From assembly GCA_014799505.1 (NCBI GenBank), contig JAAVHV010000007.1, forward strand, positions 4,054 through 68,053: DNA of 64,000 nt. Direction: 5' to 3'. Under the pieces are notes generated by a model. The model did not search any database. It had not been told where the DNA came from and saw nothing but the letters and a program-made list of their open reading frames with translations. This document shows positions 8,631 to 17,431 of the stretch, piece after piece. Position numbers and translations under genes: made by a program. This DNA comes from Clostridiales bacterium. GTDB lineage: Bacteria > Bacillota > Clostridia > Oscillospirales > Oscillospiraceae. Within the stretch, counting starts at the first letter, position 1; each line of letters opens with the position of its first letter.

Positions 8631-9860
8631 ATGTCGAAAAAAATTATCCTGTTCCTCAGCGATCTGAAAAAGGGCGGGGCCAGGGAATACCGGTGCCCCG
8701 GCGGGGGAACCGTCGTGGGAGTGCAGACCTGCGAGGCGCCGCTGCGGTATCTGCTGGGCGCTTACCCCAAAGTGTCTGAAGTGCTGTGCATTGTTACCCC
8801 GATAGGAAAAGGGACCCTCCCGGCAGTGAGACAGATTGTGAAGGAGATCGCACCGGCAACCGTTGTGACCCAGATTCCCTTCGAGGATGGAGAGGACTTT
8901 TCCGCCGGCCCTCTGGCACAGATTATGGCTGCGGTCAAAAAGAATGACGAGATCCTGCTGGAACTGACCGGCGGACTGCGGGATGCCGTGATGCAGCTTT
9001 TGCTTACCAGCCGGGCCCTGTCCTTCAGCAGTGTCCCGACTATAGGGGCGGTGTACAGCAACTACGGAACCGGGGAGATCGTGGACTGCTCCTATCTCAT
9101 CGGTCTGTTCGACCTGCTGGGCGGGATGCAAGAGCTGGCCAGCTTCGGCAGCGTGGACACCCTGCGGGGCTACTATGCCAAACAAAGTGGGGAAAAATCA
9201 GAAATCAAAGCCCTGCTGGATGCGATGGAGAAGCTGCGTGAGGATATCACCCTCTGCCGCACCGGGAAAATCGACCAGCGCATCGCCGCTTTTAACGCGG
9301 CGATCGATGGAGTGGAGGGGTGTTCCGATCCTCTGATGGCGGCATTAATCCCCGCCTTTCGTACCAAGTTTGATAAAAAACTGAATGTCCCAAGCCTGAT
9401 CCGCTGGTGTATCAACAGCGATATGCTTCAGCAGGCGCTGACCCTCTATCGGGAGAGGATCCCCGGCTACCTTTTGAAGCGTTCTATCTTGTTGGTGAAA
9501 GAAAATGCCAGCCCGCCCATTGAAAAAGAGCGGTGGGAGACGGAGGAAGACGCGCGCTTTCGGACGCAGCTTCTGACACTGTCGATGCTGAAGGATACCG
9601 AACGCTGTTTCCCAAGTTCGGATTATATCACAGGCAAAAATGTCACCTTTTCCAAATTAGGGACCATTTTGCAGGACTATGAGTATATCCGCCAGCTTCG
9701 CAACATGGTTAACCACGCCGGTGACGGGAAAGACCAGGAGCAAAACAGCAAGCTGGATTTTCTGTGTGAATCTACCCGGTACAAATCACTGGATCAGGTT
9801 CGGGCGGCGGATATTCGCAAGGCCTTGGAACAGGGACTGGATCACCTGAAGAATTGCTGA
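8631..9860 (+). CDS. CARF-HEPN effector RNase (TM1812/Csx1/Csm6-like)
   Basis: CARF motif ELTGGLR, VYS; C-terminal HEPN RxxxxH (RNMVNH); inside cas operon. Confidence 0.8.
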   Translation: MSKKIILFLSDLKKGGAREYRCPGGGTVVGVQTCEAPLRYLLGAYPKVSEVLCIVTPIGKGTLPAVRQIVKEIAPATVVTQIPFEDGEDFSAGPLAQIMAAVKKNDEILLELTGGLRDAVMQLLLTSRALSFSSVPTIGAVYSNYGTGEIVDCSYLIGLFDLLGGMQELASFGSVDTLRGYYAKQSGEKSEIKALLDAMEKLREDITLCRTGKIDQRIAAFNAAIDGVEGCSDPLMAALIPAFRTKFDKKLNVPSLIRWCINSDMLQQALTLYRERIPGYLLKRSILLVKENASPPIEKERWETEEDARFRTQLLTLSMLKDTERCFPSSDYITGKNVTFSKLGTILQDYEYIRQLRNMVNHAGDGKDQEQNSKLDFLCESTRYKSLDQVRAADIRKALEQGLDHLKNC

Positions 9861-9884
9861 GAACGCTGAGGGGGAAGGCAAACT

Positions 9885-10625
9885 GTGCTGACGCGATACG
9901 AGTTTCGAATGATCCCAGACAGGCCCTGCCGCACCCGGCCGGAGTGGGGATACCACCTGTATGCCGCGATGCTGGAACGTCTGCCCCGGGAATTCGGACA
10001 GAGGGCCCATGAGGACGGGCCCTCCCCGGTGAGCCAGTTTGTCTGTCTGCGGGACGGGGCGCTGTACTGGAGCGTTACCCTGCTGGGGGAGGAGGCGGAG
10101 GCGCTGGCGGGGCCGGTGCTGGAGGCGAGCGGGCCGTTTTTCCTCCAGAAGGATAGGGTGGCCCTGACGCCGTCCCTGGAGGTCCGGGAGAGCATTGCCG
10201 ACGCGGACGAGTTGTTCCGGCGGGGCGGATTGGGTGGCCGCATCCACCGCCTGGACGTGTGTACTGCCGCCGCCTTCAAGAGCCGTGGGCAGTATCTGAG
10301 CCTGCCCACGCCCCGGCTGATTTTGCAGAGCCTGATGAAAAAATGGAACGGCTGCTTCCCAGACTGCCCCATCGTGGATGAGGACGGACAGGGGATGGAG
10401 GCCATGGCGGAGGGGCTGACCCTCCGGGAGTTTTGCCTGCGGGACGCGGCCTACTCCCTAAAGGGCAGGCCCATCCCCGGGTTTCGGGGGACGCTGACGC
10501 TGGAAAACCGTCTGTCCGGGTTCCACCGGGAACTGGCGGACGCGCTGCTGGTGTTCTCCGGCTTCTCCGGTGTGGGCATCAAGACCACCCTTGGCATGGG
10601 TGGCGTCCGGCATATAAGCCTATAA
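9885..10625 (+). CDS. cas6: Cas6 crRNA-processing endoribonuclease
   Basis: C-terminal FSGVGIKTTLGMG glycine loop; AFKSRG and IPGFRG motifs. Confidence 0.92.
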   Translation: MLTRYEFRMIPDRPCRTRPEWGYHLYAAMLERLPREFGQRAHEDGPSPVSQFVCLRDGALYWSVTLLGEEAEALAGPVLEASGPFFLQKDRVALTPSLEVRESIADADELFRRGGLGGRIHRLDVCTAAAFKSRGQYLSLPTPRLILQSLMKKWNGCFPDCPIVDEDGQGMEAMAEGLTLREFCLRDAAYSLKGRPIPGFRGTLTLENRLSGFHRELADALLVFSGFSGVGIKTTLGMGGVRHISL

Positions 10626-10632
10626 GAGCGCG

Positions 10633-10677
10633 AAAAGACGCGATGTACAGAGTTTCTTCTGTGCGTCGCGTCTTTTT
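10633..10677 (+). terminator. Long hairpin after cas6 (operon terminator, probably bidirectional)
   Basis: AAAAGACGCGATGTACAGA-loop-TCTGTGCGTCGCGTCTTTT; two G-U pairs on + strand. Confidence 0.7.
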
Positions 10678-10706
10678 CCGTCCCCGTGAGGGGTGTGAAT
10701 TACTTT
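10674..10706 (-). CRISPR. Solitary CRISPR repeat (AAAGTAATTCACACCCCTCACGGGGACGGAAAA)
   Basis: 4 differences from array repeat 13; stem and most of handle intact; no second repeat nearby. Confidence 0.85.
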
Positions 10707-10709
10707 TTT

Positions 10710-10738
10710 ATTCTACTAAAACAGCGGCGGGAAATCAA
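10710..10738 (-). promoter_or_regulatory. Promoter homologous to the array promoter, abutting the solitary repeat
   Basis: TTGATT-tcccgccgctgttttag-TAGAAT versus leader TTGATT-tcccaatgctgttttgg-TAGAAT. Confidence 0.75.
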
Positions 10739-10759
10739 GCACGTTTGAAAAAAGTTCCC

Positions 10760-10793
10760 CCAGCCCTGAAAACCCCAGTGGAAACAACGAGTA
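10760..10793 (+). promoter_or_regulatory. Second copy of CCAGCCCTGAAA-N14-AACGAGTA, upstream of small peptide ORF
   Basis: Exact match of both boxes and spacing to 1477-1510. Confidence 0.6.
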
Positions 10794-10828
10794 AGAAGCG
10801 TGACCGAAAAAGAAAGGAGATGCTGTAA

Positions 10829-10987
10829 ATGTTTGGTTTGCTCCTCGCTGGCTTGGGCAGCGCCCTGGCCACCGCCACCACCGCGACCGCAGCCACCAGC
10901 GCCGGTTCTATCGCCGCCGCTGCCGCTGCCGGTGCTGCCTTCGGCGCTACGGCGGGCAAAGCCCTCGCCTCCGGGAAGGGGGACTGA
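10829..10987 (+). CDS. 52-aa hydrophobic Ala/Gly/Thr-rich peptide (MFGLLLAGLGSALATATTATAATSAGSIAAAAAAGAAFGATAGKALASGKGD)
   Basis: RBS AAGGAGA 8 nt before ATG at 10829; TGA at 10985-10987; absent from ORF track. Confidence 0.65.
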   Translation: MFGLLLAGLGSALATATTATAATSAGSIAAAAAAGAAFGATAGKALASGKGD

Positions 10988-11113
10988 CCCCGGCGGGCGC
11001 ACCGCGCAGGTTTCCCGTCCCGTGCGGCGCGCCTGCCCGCCCTTTTTCGGGAAAAGGTTGGACGCCGGGGGGAAAATATGGTACACTGTCAGGCAAAGAA
11101 AGGTGTGAGTGAC

Positions 11114-11743
11114 TTGAAAAAATTTTTTACCTCCGTTCCCTTGCAGCACAGCGCCGCCGGGTTGGACACCCTGTTGTACCAGGCGGTGGACAATTCCGCG
11201 CTGCAAATGGATGCCGAGACCAGCTTTCCCATTTTGACGGCGGTAAACGGCTTTGCCCGACCAGGCGAGGACTTCCGGCTGATCGCCGTCATGCCGGATG
11301 CCGAGGCCACCCGCCGCAACCGGGAGGAGCTGTCCGCCCAGCTGACGGCACTGTGCAGCTGCCGGGGGCTGTCCTGCCCCGCCGGGGTGGAGACGGTTTC
11401 GGTGGAGAGCTCCCAGACGGTAGCCGCCCAAACGGCCACCTTCCGAAAACTGCTGGACTACGTGGACGACGATGACGAACTGTACTGCTGCATGACCTTC
11501 GGCACCAAGCCCCAGTCCCAGGCGCTCCTGCTGGCGGTGCAGTATGCCTACCGGGTGAAGCGCAACGCGTCGATCTCCTGCATCGTCTACGGAGAGGTGG
11601 ACCGCTCTGGGCCGAAGCCCTGGAAAAAGGGAACGGTCTACGACATGACCGCCCTGACCCGGCTGGACGAGGTTGTCCACCTGCTGGCTCAGCGGGGGGT
11701 GGCCGACCCGCGGAGCGCCTTGGATGCCATCCTGTCCCTGTGA
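11114..11743 (+). CDS. Stand-alone CARF-domain protein (short TM1812-like, no HEPN)
   Basis: DDDELYCCMTFGTKP motif resembling CARF DxTxGxK/R, IVYGE, VYDMTAL; no RxxxxH; TTG start assumed. Confidence 0.7.
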   Translation: MKKFFTSVPLQHSAAGLDTLLYQAVDNSALQMDAETSFPILTAVNGFARPGEDFRLIAVMPDAEATRRNREELSAQLTALCSCRGLSCPAGVETVSVESSQTVAAQTATFRKLLDYVDDDDELYCCMTFGTKPQSQALLLAVQYAYRVKRNASISCIVYGEVDRSGPKPWKKGTVYDMTALTRLDEVVHLLAQRGVADPRSALDAILSL

Positions 11744-11754
11744 GGTAGCGTGCC

Positions 11755-12585
11755 ATGAGACAAGACAAGTCCGCCACACGGACAAAACTGGAACAGCTCT
11801 GCGCCCAGTGGGCCGCGCTGGGCCCGGAGGATCAGGGCAGGAAGCTGGACATGGAAAACGAGATTTTTATCCTTGTCTATGAATTGTTCCCCGGCCGCGA
11901 AAGCGAGATCGGAGCGGTCTTCCTGAACGACTGGAAACACTTTGACGCCGCAAAAGGCTCGGCATACGGTTTTTTTTCCGCCCGCATCAGCCTGAGGCAA
12001 AAGGACGCCTACAGAGATCAGAAGGCTTATGAGGATCATACCGTGGCGGACACGGTACAGATGGATGATGGCCAGAGCGAGAGCCTGCTGGAAAATCTCC
12101 CGGCGGGACCAGGGACCGGCCCGGGGGAGCGTCTGGATCTGGACGAGACCGCCTGCGAACTTTTGAGCATCGTTCTGAATCTGCGGGGCCATCTCCAGGG
12201 CCGGGCCAACAACCCCGCCCGCCATAACTATTTCAGGATGTTTTTTACTGACAGCGTGGCCACCAGCCTCCATGACGGCACGCCGCCGCCGGTCTTTGTA
12301 AAGCGGGAGCGGGATCTGTTTGCCGCCCTTAAGCTGGAATTCCTGGACTTTTTCATGCGGGAGAACTGCCGGAGCGTCGCGGATATCTGCCGCTCGCCGT
12401 TGAAGTCCTATGGGGCGCTGGTGGAGGGCAGGGGCATGGAGGAGACAAAGCTGCCCTTGCCGGGGGAGGTGTATGTCAGCTACCTGAGCCGGGTGGAAAA
12501 CACTACGGTGAAGGCCCCTGCAGTCAGCCAGCAGAGGCAGATGTACCGGGAGGAACTCAATAAATGGCTCAGCATACAAGACTGA
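11755..12585 (+). CDS. Divergent sigma-factor-like protein
   Basis: HFDAAKGSAYGFFSARISLRQKDAYR resembles sigma70 region 2.3-2.4; DDGQSESLLENLP resembles the region 3-4 linker; possible C-terminal HTH (VKAPAVSQQRQMY). Confidence 0.5.
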   Translation: MRQDKSATRTKLEQLCAQWAALGPEDQGRKLDMENEIFILVYELFPGRESEIGAVFLNDWKHFDAAKGSAYGFFSARISLRQKDAYRDQKAYEDHTVADTVQMDDGQSESLLENLPAGPGTGPGERLDLDETACELLSIVLNLRGHLQGRANNPARHNYFRMFFTDSVATSLHDGTPPPVFVKRERDLFAALKLEFLDFFMRENCRSVADICRSPLKSYGALVEGRGMEETKLPLPGEVYVSYLSRVENTTVKAPAVSQQRQMYREELNKWLSIQD

Positions 12586-12954
12586 CGGTGTGTACGTCAT
12601 GGACATCACGACCGATTCGCGCCAAGGGGAGTGTTGGATAAGATGGGGGCCGAGCATACAGTTTGGGGTTAATGCAGACAATTTTTTAGCCATGGCAGAC
12701 AGGGCCTTTTATTGTTTACTGCGGCGCAGACTATGAGGAAGGATATCGCGTGTATTTCACGGTCCGCTATGGTAAACTACCCGTGAAAGAGGGGGTGTGG
12801 GGAGCTTGATTTGCTTGTGCGGGAGGCTATTTCCGGAGAGAAGGCTCCAGCGATTGCCGATGCGGTATGATCCATTTCGGATGTTGCTTTTGGCAGAAGC
12901 CGCTGAAAAACTTAGGCCGGGTTATGAGTGAGGTGAAACCATGGATAAGGAAAA

Positions 12955-13149
12955 ATGGAGTATCTTCAGAGGATAGAAGAACATTCTGCTGAGACTGGCT
13001 GGGTGGCCCCGCTGACCCAAGAGGATAAAGATTATTTTGTGCATCTCAGAAGTGTGTGCAAGCGCTACAACATCAACCTTTCCAAGGCGACTCGGCTGGA
13101 GTATGATTTTTTGATTCGGGTGGCGGAGAGCGAGTTTTACCTCCAGTGA
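12955..13149 (+). CDS. Small hypothetical protein, possibly frameshifted at 5' end
   Basis: 64-aa ORF; the RBS-linked ATG at 12941 is out of frame across an A-run. Confidence 0.45.
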   Translation: MEYLQRIEEHSAETGWVAPLTQEDKDYFVHLRSVCKRYNINLSKATRLEYDFLIRVAESEFYLQ

Positions 13150-13258
13150 ACTGCCCCACACCGTGACCCACACGTCAAAATGTGCGGAAAGGGTTAGAGA
13201 GTGCCGGACAGGAAGTTTGACCTTCCTGCCCGGTGTTTTTGGGTTTGCTGATTTGTGT

Positions 13259-13438
13259 TTACATCACCTGCGACATGAAGCTGCCCATGATTTCCGCCGC
13301 CTGGTCCTGCATCTGGCGGGTGGCGTGGGTGCAGGTGCGCAGGGTGAACCCAGCGTCGTAGTGGCCCAGCATACTGGAGACCGTCTTGATGTCCACGCCG
13401 TTCTGCAGGGCCGGCGTGGCAAAGGTATGACGCAGGTC
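13259..13438 (-). pseudogene. Tyrosine integrase C-terminal remnant A
   Basis: DLRHTFAT..QNGVDIKTVSSMLGH..GFTLRTCTH; catalytic Tyr replaced by Cys; N-terminus missing. Confidence 0.85.
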
Positions 13439-13475
13439 TGCTAGTGTCAAGCCAGAACTAATTTTTATTGATGGC

Positions 13476-13622
13476 CTATTCAACGGCTTTCGTTTCCCAC
13501 CCTGCCCCGACTAAAGCGGGCAACTCGTCAGTGAACTTCAACAAAACATCCAGACGGCAATCTGGCCAGACTGTAACATGGTCAAACAGATCAGCTATCG
13601 CATCATCCAGTAAAACCTCCAT
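13476..13622 (-). pseudogene. Probable C-terminal remnant of a large serine recombinase
   Basis: Hand translation MEVLLDDAIADLFDHVTVWPDCRLDVLLKFTDE resembles LSR C-termini (compare FVDKIYIYPDKMVLTF in 17432-19018); ends just before junction 13432-13462. Confidence 0.5.
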
Positions 13623-13771
13623 TTTCCGTGGCTACACGCCGCCACACGAAAAACAGCGATGGAATTACTCCCACCGCTGAAATCATAAAATCCATAGCCC
13701 ATCCCTAACGGATATAAAACCAGAGTTTTGCCTCAAATACGAGTTCAAATATATATTTGCAGATGTTCGTA

Positions 13772-13800
13772 TTGAAAAAGCAATCGAAACAAGTTATAAT
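13772..13800 (+). promoter_or_regulatory. sigma70 promoter of retron
   Basis: TTGAAA-17 bp-TATAAT. Confidence 0.8.
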
Positions 13801-13824
13801 TTGTCTGCAGACTCAATGTCTGCA

Positions 13825-13974
13825 AAGAGCGTGTGGCAAGATTTTGTACTTGTGTTTCGCAAGTGTTGACTAAACTGGGTGGTGCTTTAGCGTGTTGCCC
13901 TTTCCTGCCATGATGTTACTTATGTTGGCTTATGTTGACGTATCCTTTCGCGCAATGAGTTGCCACACGCTCTT
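13825..13974 (+). ncRNA. Retron msr-msd ncRNA
   Basis: Perfect 15-bp inverted repeats AAGAGCGTGTGGCAA (13825-13839) / TTGCCACACGCTCTT (13960-13974); G at 13840 is a candidate branch point; directly upstream of RT. Confidence 0.85.
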
Positions 13975-13991
13975 CTTTTTGGGAGGTGCCC

Positions 13992-15692
13992 ATGAAGAAG
14001 TTTTGTGATATTCAATCGAGAAGTGAGTTGGCAGACTATTTGAGTATTCCTCGCAGTAAGCTGACGCATATTCTTTATGTAAAAAAACCGGATAGTTATT
14101 ACACTACTTTTGAGATTCCGAAGCGCAACGGTGAAACTCGTACTATCTGCGCTCCTTCTGGTGATCTGAAGATTCTACAGGTAAAACTCTCAAATATATT
14201 ATGGCTCTATCAAAAAAGCATTTGGGAAGAGAAAGGCATCAAACCCAATATTTCTCACGCATTTGAGAAAGAAAAAAGTATTATTACTAATGCAAGAATT
14301 CATCGCAACAAGCGATTTGTCCTGAATTTGGACTTGAAAAATTTTTTTGACAGCTTCCATTTTGGACGTCTCCAAGGCTATTTTGAAAAGAATAACAACT
14401 TTAAATTGCCACACGATGTTGCTGTTATTCTCGCGCAATTGACCTGCTATCAAGGGCGCTTACCACAGGGTGCACCAACTTCTCCAATTATTACAAATTT
14501 AATCTGTCAGTCCCTGGACATTTACCTTTTGAGAGTGGCCAAAAAATACAAGCTGGACTATACCAGATATGCTGACGATTTGACCTTCTCTACCAACGAC
14601 AGACACTTTGTTGAAGATCAGGAGAAATTTTTAGCAGAAGCCGATGCTGCAATAAAAAGGGCTGGATTCTCTATCAACGAAAAGAAAACCAGACTTCAGT
14701 TTAAGGATTCGCGCCAAGAAGTCACTGGCCTGATTGTAAATAAGAAGCTTAGTGTTAATCACACCTATGTGCGTAAAACAAGGGCGATGGCACATCAGCT
14801 CTACGCTACTGGCGAATATCTTATCAACGGTGCGTCAGGAACTCTTAAGCAACTCGAAGGACGTTTTTCTTTTATTGACCAACTGGATCACTATAACAAC
14901 ATCCTTGATCCACAGGAAATCCGGCACGACGCATTTAATCTCAATGGCCGTGAGCAGCAGTATCAGGCGTTTATTTTTTATAAATACCTATTTGCAAACG
15001 ATGCCCCCCTCATTGTAACAGAAGGCAAAACTGATATTCGGTATATAAAAGCTGCTCTGAAGAGTCTCTATACTCAGTATCCACGGCTTATACAAAGAGA
15101 TGCGGAAGGCAATTTTGTCTATAAGTTCTCGTTCTTCAGACGAACAAAAAGGTGGAAATACTTCTTCGGTATCAGTTTGGATGGTGCCGATGCCATGCGA
15201 ATTCTGTATCGCTACCATGTTGGTAATAAACCGATTCCCGCTTATCTCAACTACTTTCGGAAACTAAGCGGTCTCGAACAACATCAGCCTGTCATTCTTC
15301 TGTATGATAACGAGCTTAATAGTGATAGACCATTGAAAAAATTCTTGAGTAAGGATGTTCATGCCACTGAAAATCAGTGGGAAGAGCTCAAATCAAATTT
15401 GCAGATGCGCGTGATTCCAGAAAGCAAACTGTTTGTGGTCACACCCCCCCTTGTAGATGATAAAGATGAATGCGAAATAGAAGATTTGTTCCTTGACGAG
15501 TTGCAGAACCTTACCTTAGAAGGAAAAACCTTCTGCCATAAAGATAAATTTGACAACAGCAAATACTTTGGCAAAGAAATCTTCTCCCAATATGTTTATG
15601 AAAACTACAAAAAAATTGATTTTTCAAGGTTTGTTCCACTGCTCGATGCAATTGATTCTGTAATTGCACAAACAGAATCCCCTGAAAAATAA
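13992..15692 (+). CDS. Retron reverse transcriptase fused to TOPRIM-like domain (Ec67-type)
   Basis: NARIH (NAxxH), LPQGAPTSP, YTRYADD, VTG; C-terminal IVTEGKTD and LYDNE; low GC. Confidence 0.92.
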   Translation: MKKFCDIQSRSELADYLSIPRSKLTHILYVKKPDSYYTTFEIPKRNGETRTICAPSGDLKILQVKLSNILWLYQKSIWEEKGIKPNISHAFEKEKSIITNARIHRNKRFVLNLDLKNFFDSFHFGRLQGYFEKNNNFKLPHDVAVILAQLTCYQGRLPQGAPTSPIITNLICQSLDIYLLRVAKKYKLDYTRYADDLTFSTNDRHFVEDQEKFLAEADAAIKRAGFSINEKKTRLQFKDSRQEVTGLIVNKKLSVNHTYVRKTRAMAHQLYATGEYLINGASGTLKQLEGRFSFIDQLDHYNNILDPQEIRHDAFNLNGREQQYQAFIFYKYLFANDAPLIVTEGKTDIRYIKAALKSLYTQYPRLIQRDAEGNFVYKFSFFRRTKRWKYFFGISLDGADAMRILYRYHVGNKPIPAYLNYFRKLSGLEQHQPVILLYDNELNSDRPLKKFLSKDVHATENQWEELKSNLQMRVIPESKLFVVTPPLVDDKDECEIEDLFLDELQNLTLEGKTFCHKDKFDNSKYFGKEIFSQYVYENYKKIDFSRFVPLLDAIDSVIAQTESPEK

Positions 15693-15731
15693 AAGTGCGC
15701 CGGCAGAGTTTTAAGCTCTGCTGGCGTATTC

Positions 15732-15971
15732 TTATCCTACCATTTCGAACGGTGCCACCTTGTCTTGCTTCCGCTCCAGCGGGTCAGGGAGACTCCGGGG
15801 CGAATTCATAAATCCACTGATTTTCTCCGCCGTGCCCCACTGCATGTCATTGGTGACATAGGTGTAGGCATGCAGAGTCAAGCCCGCACTGAAGTGCCCC
15901 AGCATACTGGACAGGGTCCTTACATCTACGACGCTGGAGATGACCATGGTGGCAAAGGAATGGTGCAGGCC
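15732..15971 (-). pseudogene. Tyrosine integrase C-terminal remnant B
   Basis: LHHSFATMVISSVVDVRTLSSMLGHFSAGLTLHAYTY; truncated at the same position as remnant A. Confidence 0.8.
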
Positions 15972-15993
15972 TGCTAATGTTAAGTCAGAACTA

Positions 15994-16841
15994 GGCCTTG
16001 TTTAAAAAACCAAAGCAGTAGTGCTAAATCAACAGAAGGGCAATAGCGGCCAAATGGACAAAAGCGAGAAAAGAAGCGTCGAGCTTGTCATATCTGGTCG
16101 CAATTCTACGAAACCATTTGATTTTCTGGAAGAAGCACTCAACTAAATGACGTTCCTTGTTATAGATGCCAATCCACAAGACAGGGGTCAGAAACATTGC
16201 TTTTGGGTGGGATCACATAGCTGGCTCCATGCTCCCCAATATAGGCTCGGATGGACGCAACTCCATAAGCTCGGTTAGCCAAAACGCTGCTATCTCAGAT
16301 ATTGACCTGTTTCAGCAGTTGGATGGCATGAGTAGAATCATGGTCATTTCCTGCTGAAAGGAGAAAGGTCACCGGATTCTCCAGACCGTCTACGATCGTG
16401 TGAAGCTTTGTGTTCAGCCTGCCTCTGGTTCGGCCAACCGCTTTATCAGCCGTTTTTTCCCCCGCCGTTGGCACTTTCATACACTTTGATGCAGGTGGAA
16501 TCCATACTTAAATTTTCCATATCTGCATTAGCCGACAGCGCATGAAATACCCTTTCCAACGTACCGTCATCCCGCCATTTGGCAAAATGGGCATATACGG
16601 ACTGCCAGGGACCATATGGCTCTGGCAATTCCCGCCATTGTGCGCCGCTTCGGAGAATCCAGGGCATTCCATTCAGCATTGTCCGGTCATCTTTCCGGGG
16701 ACGGTCTCGCTTTCCGGTCCGCTCTGGCGGCAAAAGCTGTTTTACTCGCGCCCACTGTTCTTTTGTCAGTTCATATCGTTTCATATGTCTATTCTTGCAG
16801 ATCTGCCCCTTTTGTGCAATCTTTATTTTTCAAACAAGGCC
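15994..16841 (-). mobile_element. IS5-family (IS427-like) insertion sequence, probably defective
   Basis: TIRs GGCCTTGTTT(A/G)AAAAA, flanking TA duplication; orfA 16446-16784 (RSGAQWRELP..YGPWQSVY), G5A6 slippery site, disrupted orfB (RTRGRLNTKLH). Confidence 0.88.
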
Positions 16842-17431
16842 TAATAATCTTTTGAAAATTTTGTAAGGAATTGTACCCCAAGTAAGGAATATGTAGAAAT
16901 CTGTAGAAGTATGTCGCAAGTCAAGGTTCGAAATATTATCAGACAACGTACAGTGCCAAAATTCGATAAAAGTATCGCAATTTGATATATTTTGAAAAAT
17001 AGACAGAATAAATTATTAAAAAGATTAAAATACAATTGGCTTTCTGTCTGATGTGATCTATAATTGTTACGTAGACTTGATTGTGGCATAAACATACATC
17101 CCGAGTTTTGGTAACATCATTTCAAGGTGATGCCATGTCCATGTGTAAAAAAGCCGCTGACAGTGTCCTGGGCAGTGACAAACGGGATCACCAATGGCAC
17201 AGGCGGCATCCATTTCAGTCTTGATGAAATCTGCACCCGCAGTCAGATTGTGACCCGTGATATGGCGTAAATTCCCTATCCCAGGCAAGTGTATGCTTTA
17301 AAACAAGGAACGGCGGGTCGGACATTTGGCTGGCCGTCCCTTGTTATCTTTCAAAATAACATACTTGGAAAAGTTCCTCAGCTATGGTATACTGTATAAA
17401 AAATCGCACTGCGGCGGAAAGAGGTGACAAC

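Noticed and set aside
10735-11108. ORF-track calls 10735-10959(-) and 10800-11108(+)
   Set aside because: Shadow frames of the RBS-supported 10829-10987 peptide
13992-15692. RT acting as a CRISPR spacer-acquisition RT
   Set aside because: Has retron NAxxH/VTG motifs, its own ncRNA and a TOPRIM fusion, no Cas1; separated from the cas locus by mobile scars and differs in GC
17067-17300. Possible IS110 transposase scrap (LPGIG)
   Set aside because: Only a 5-aa motif; no other support
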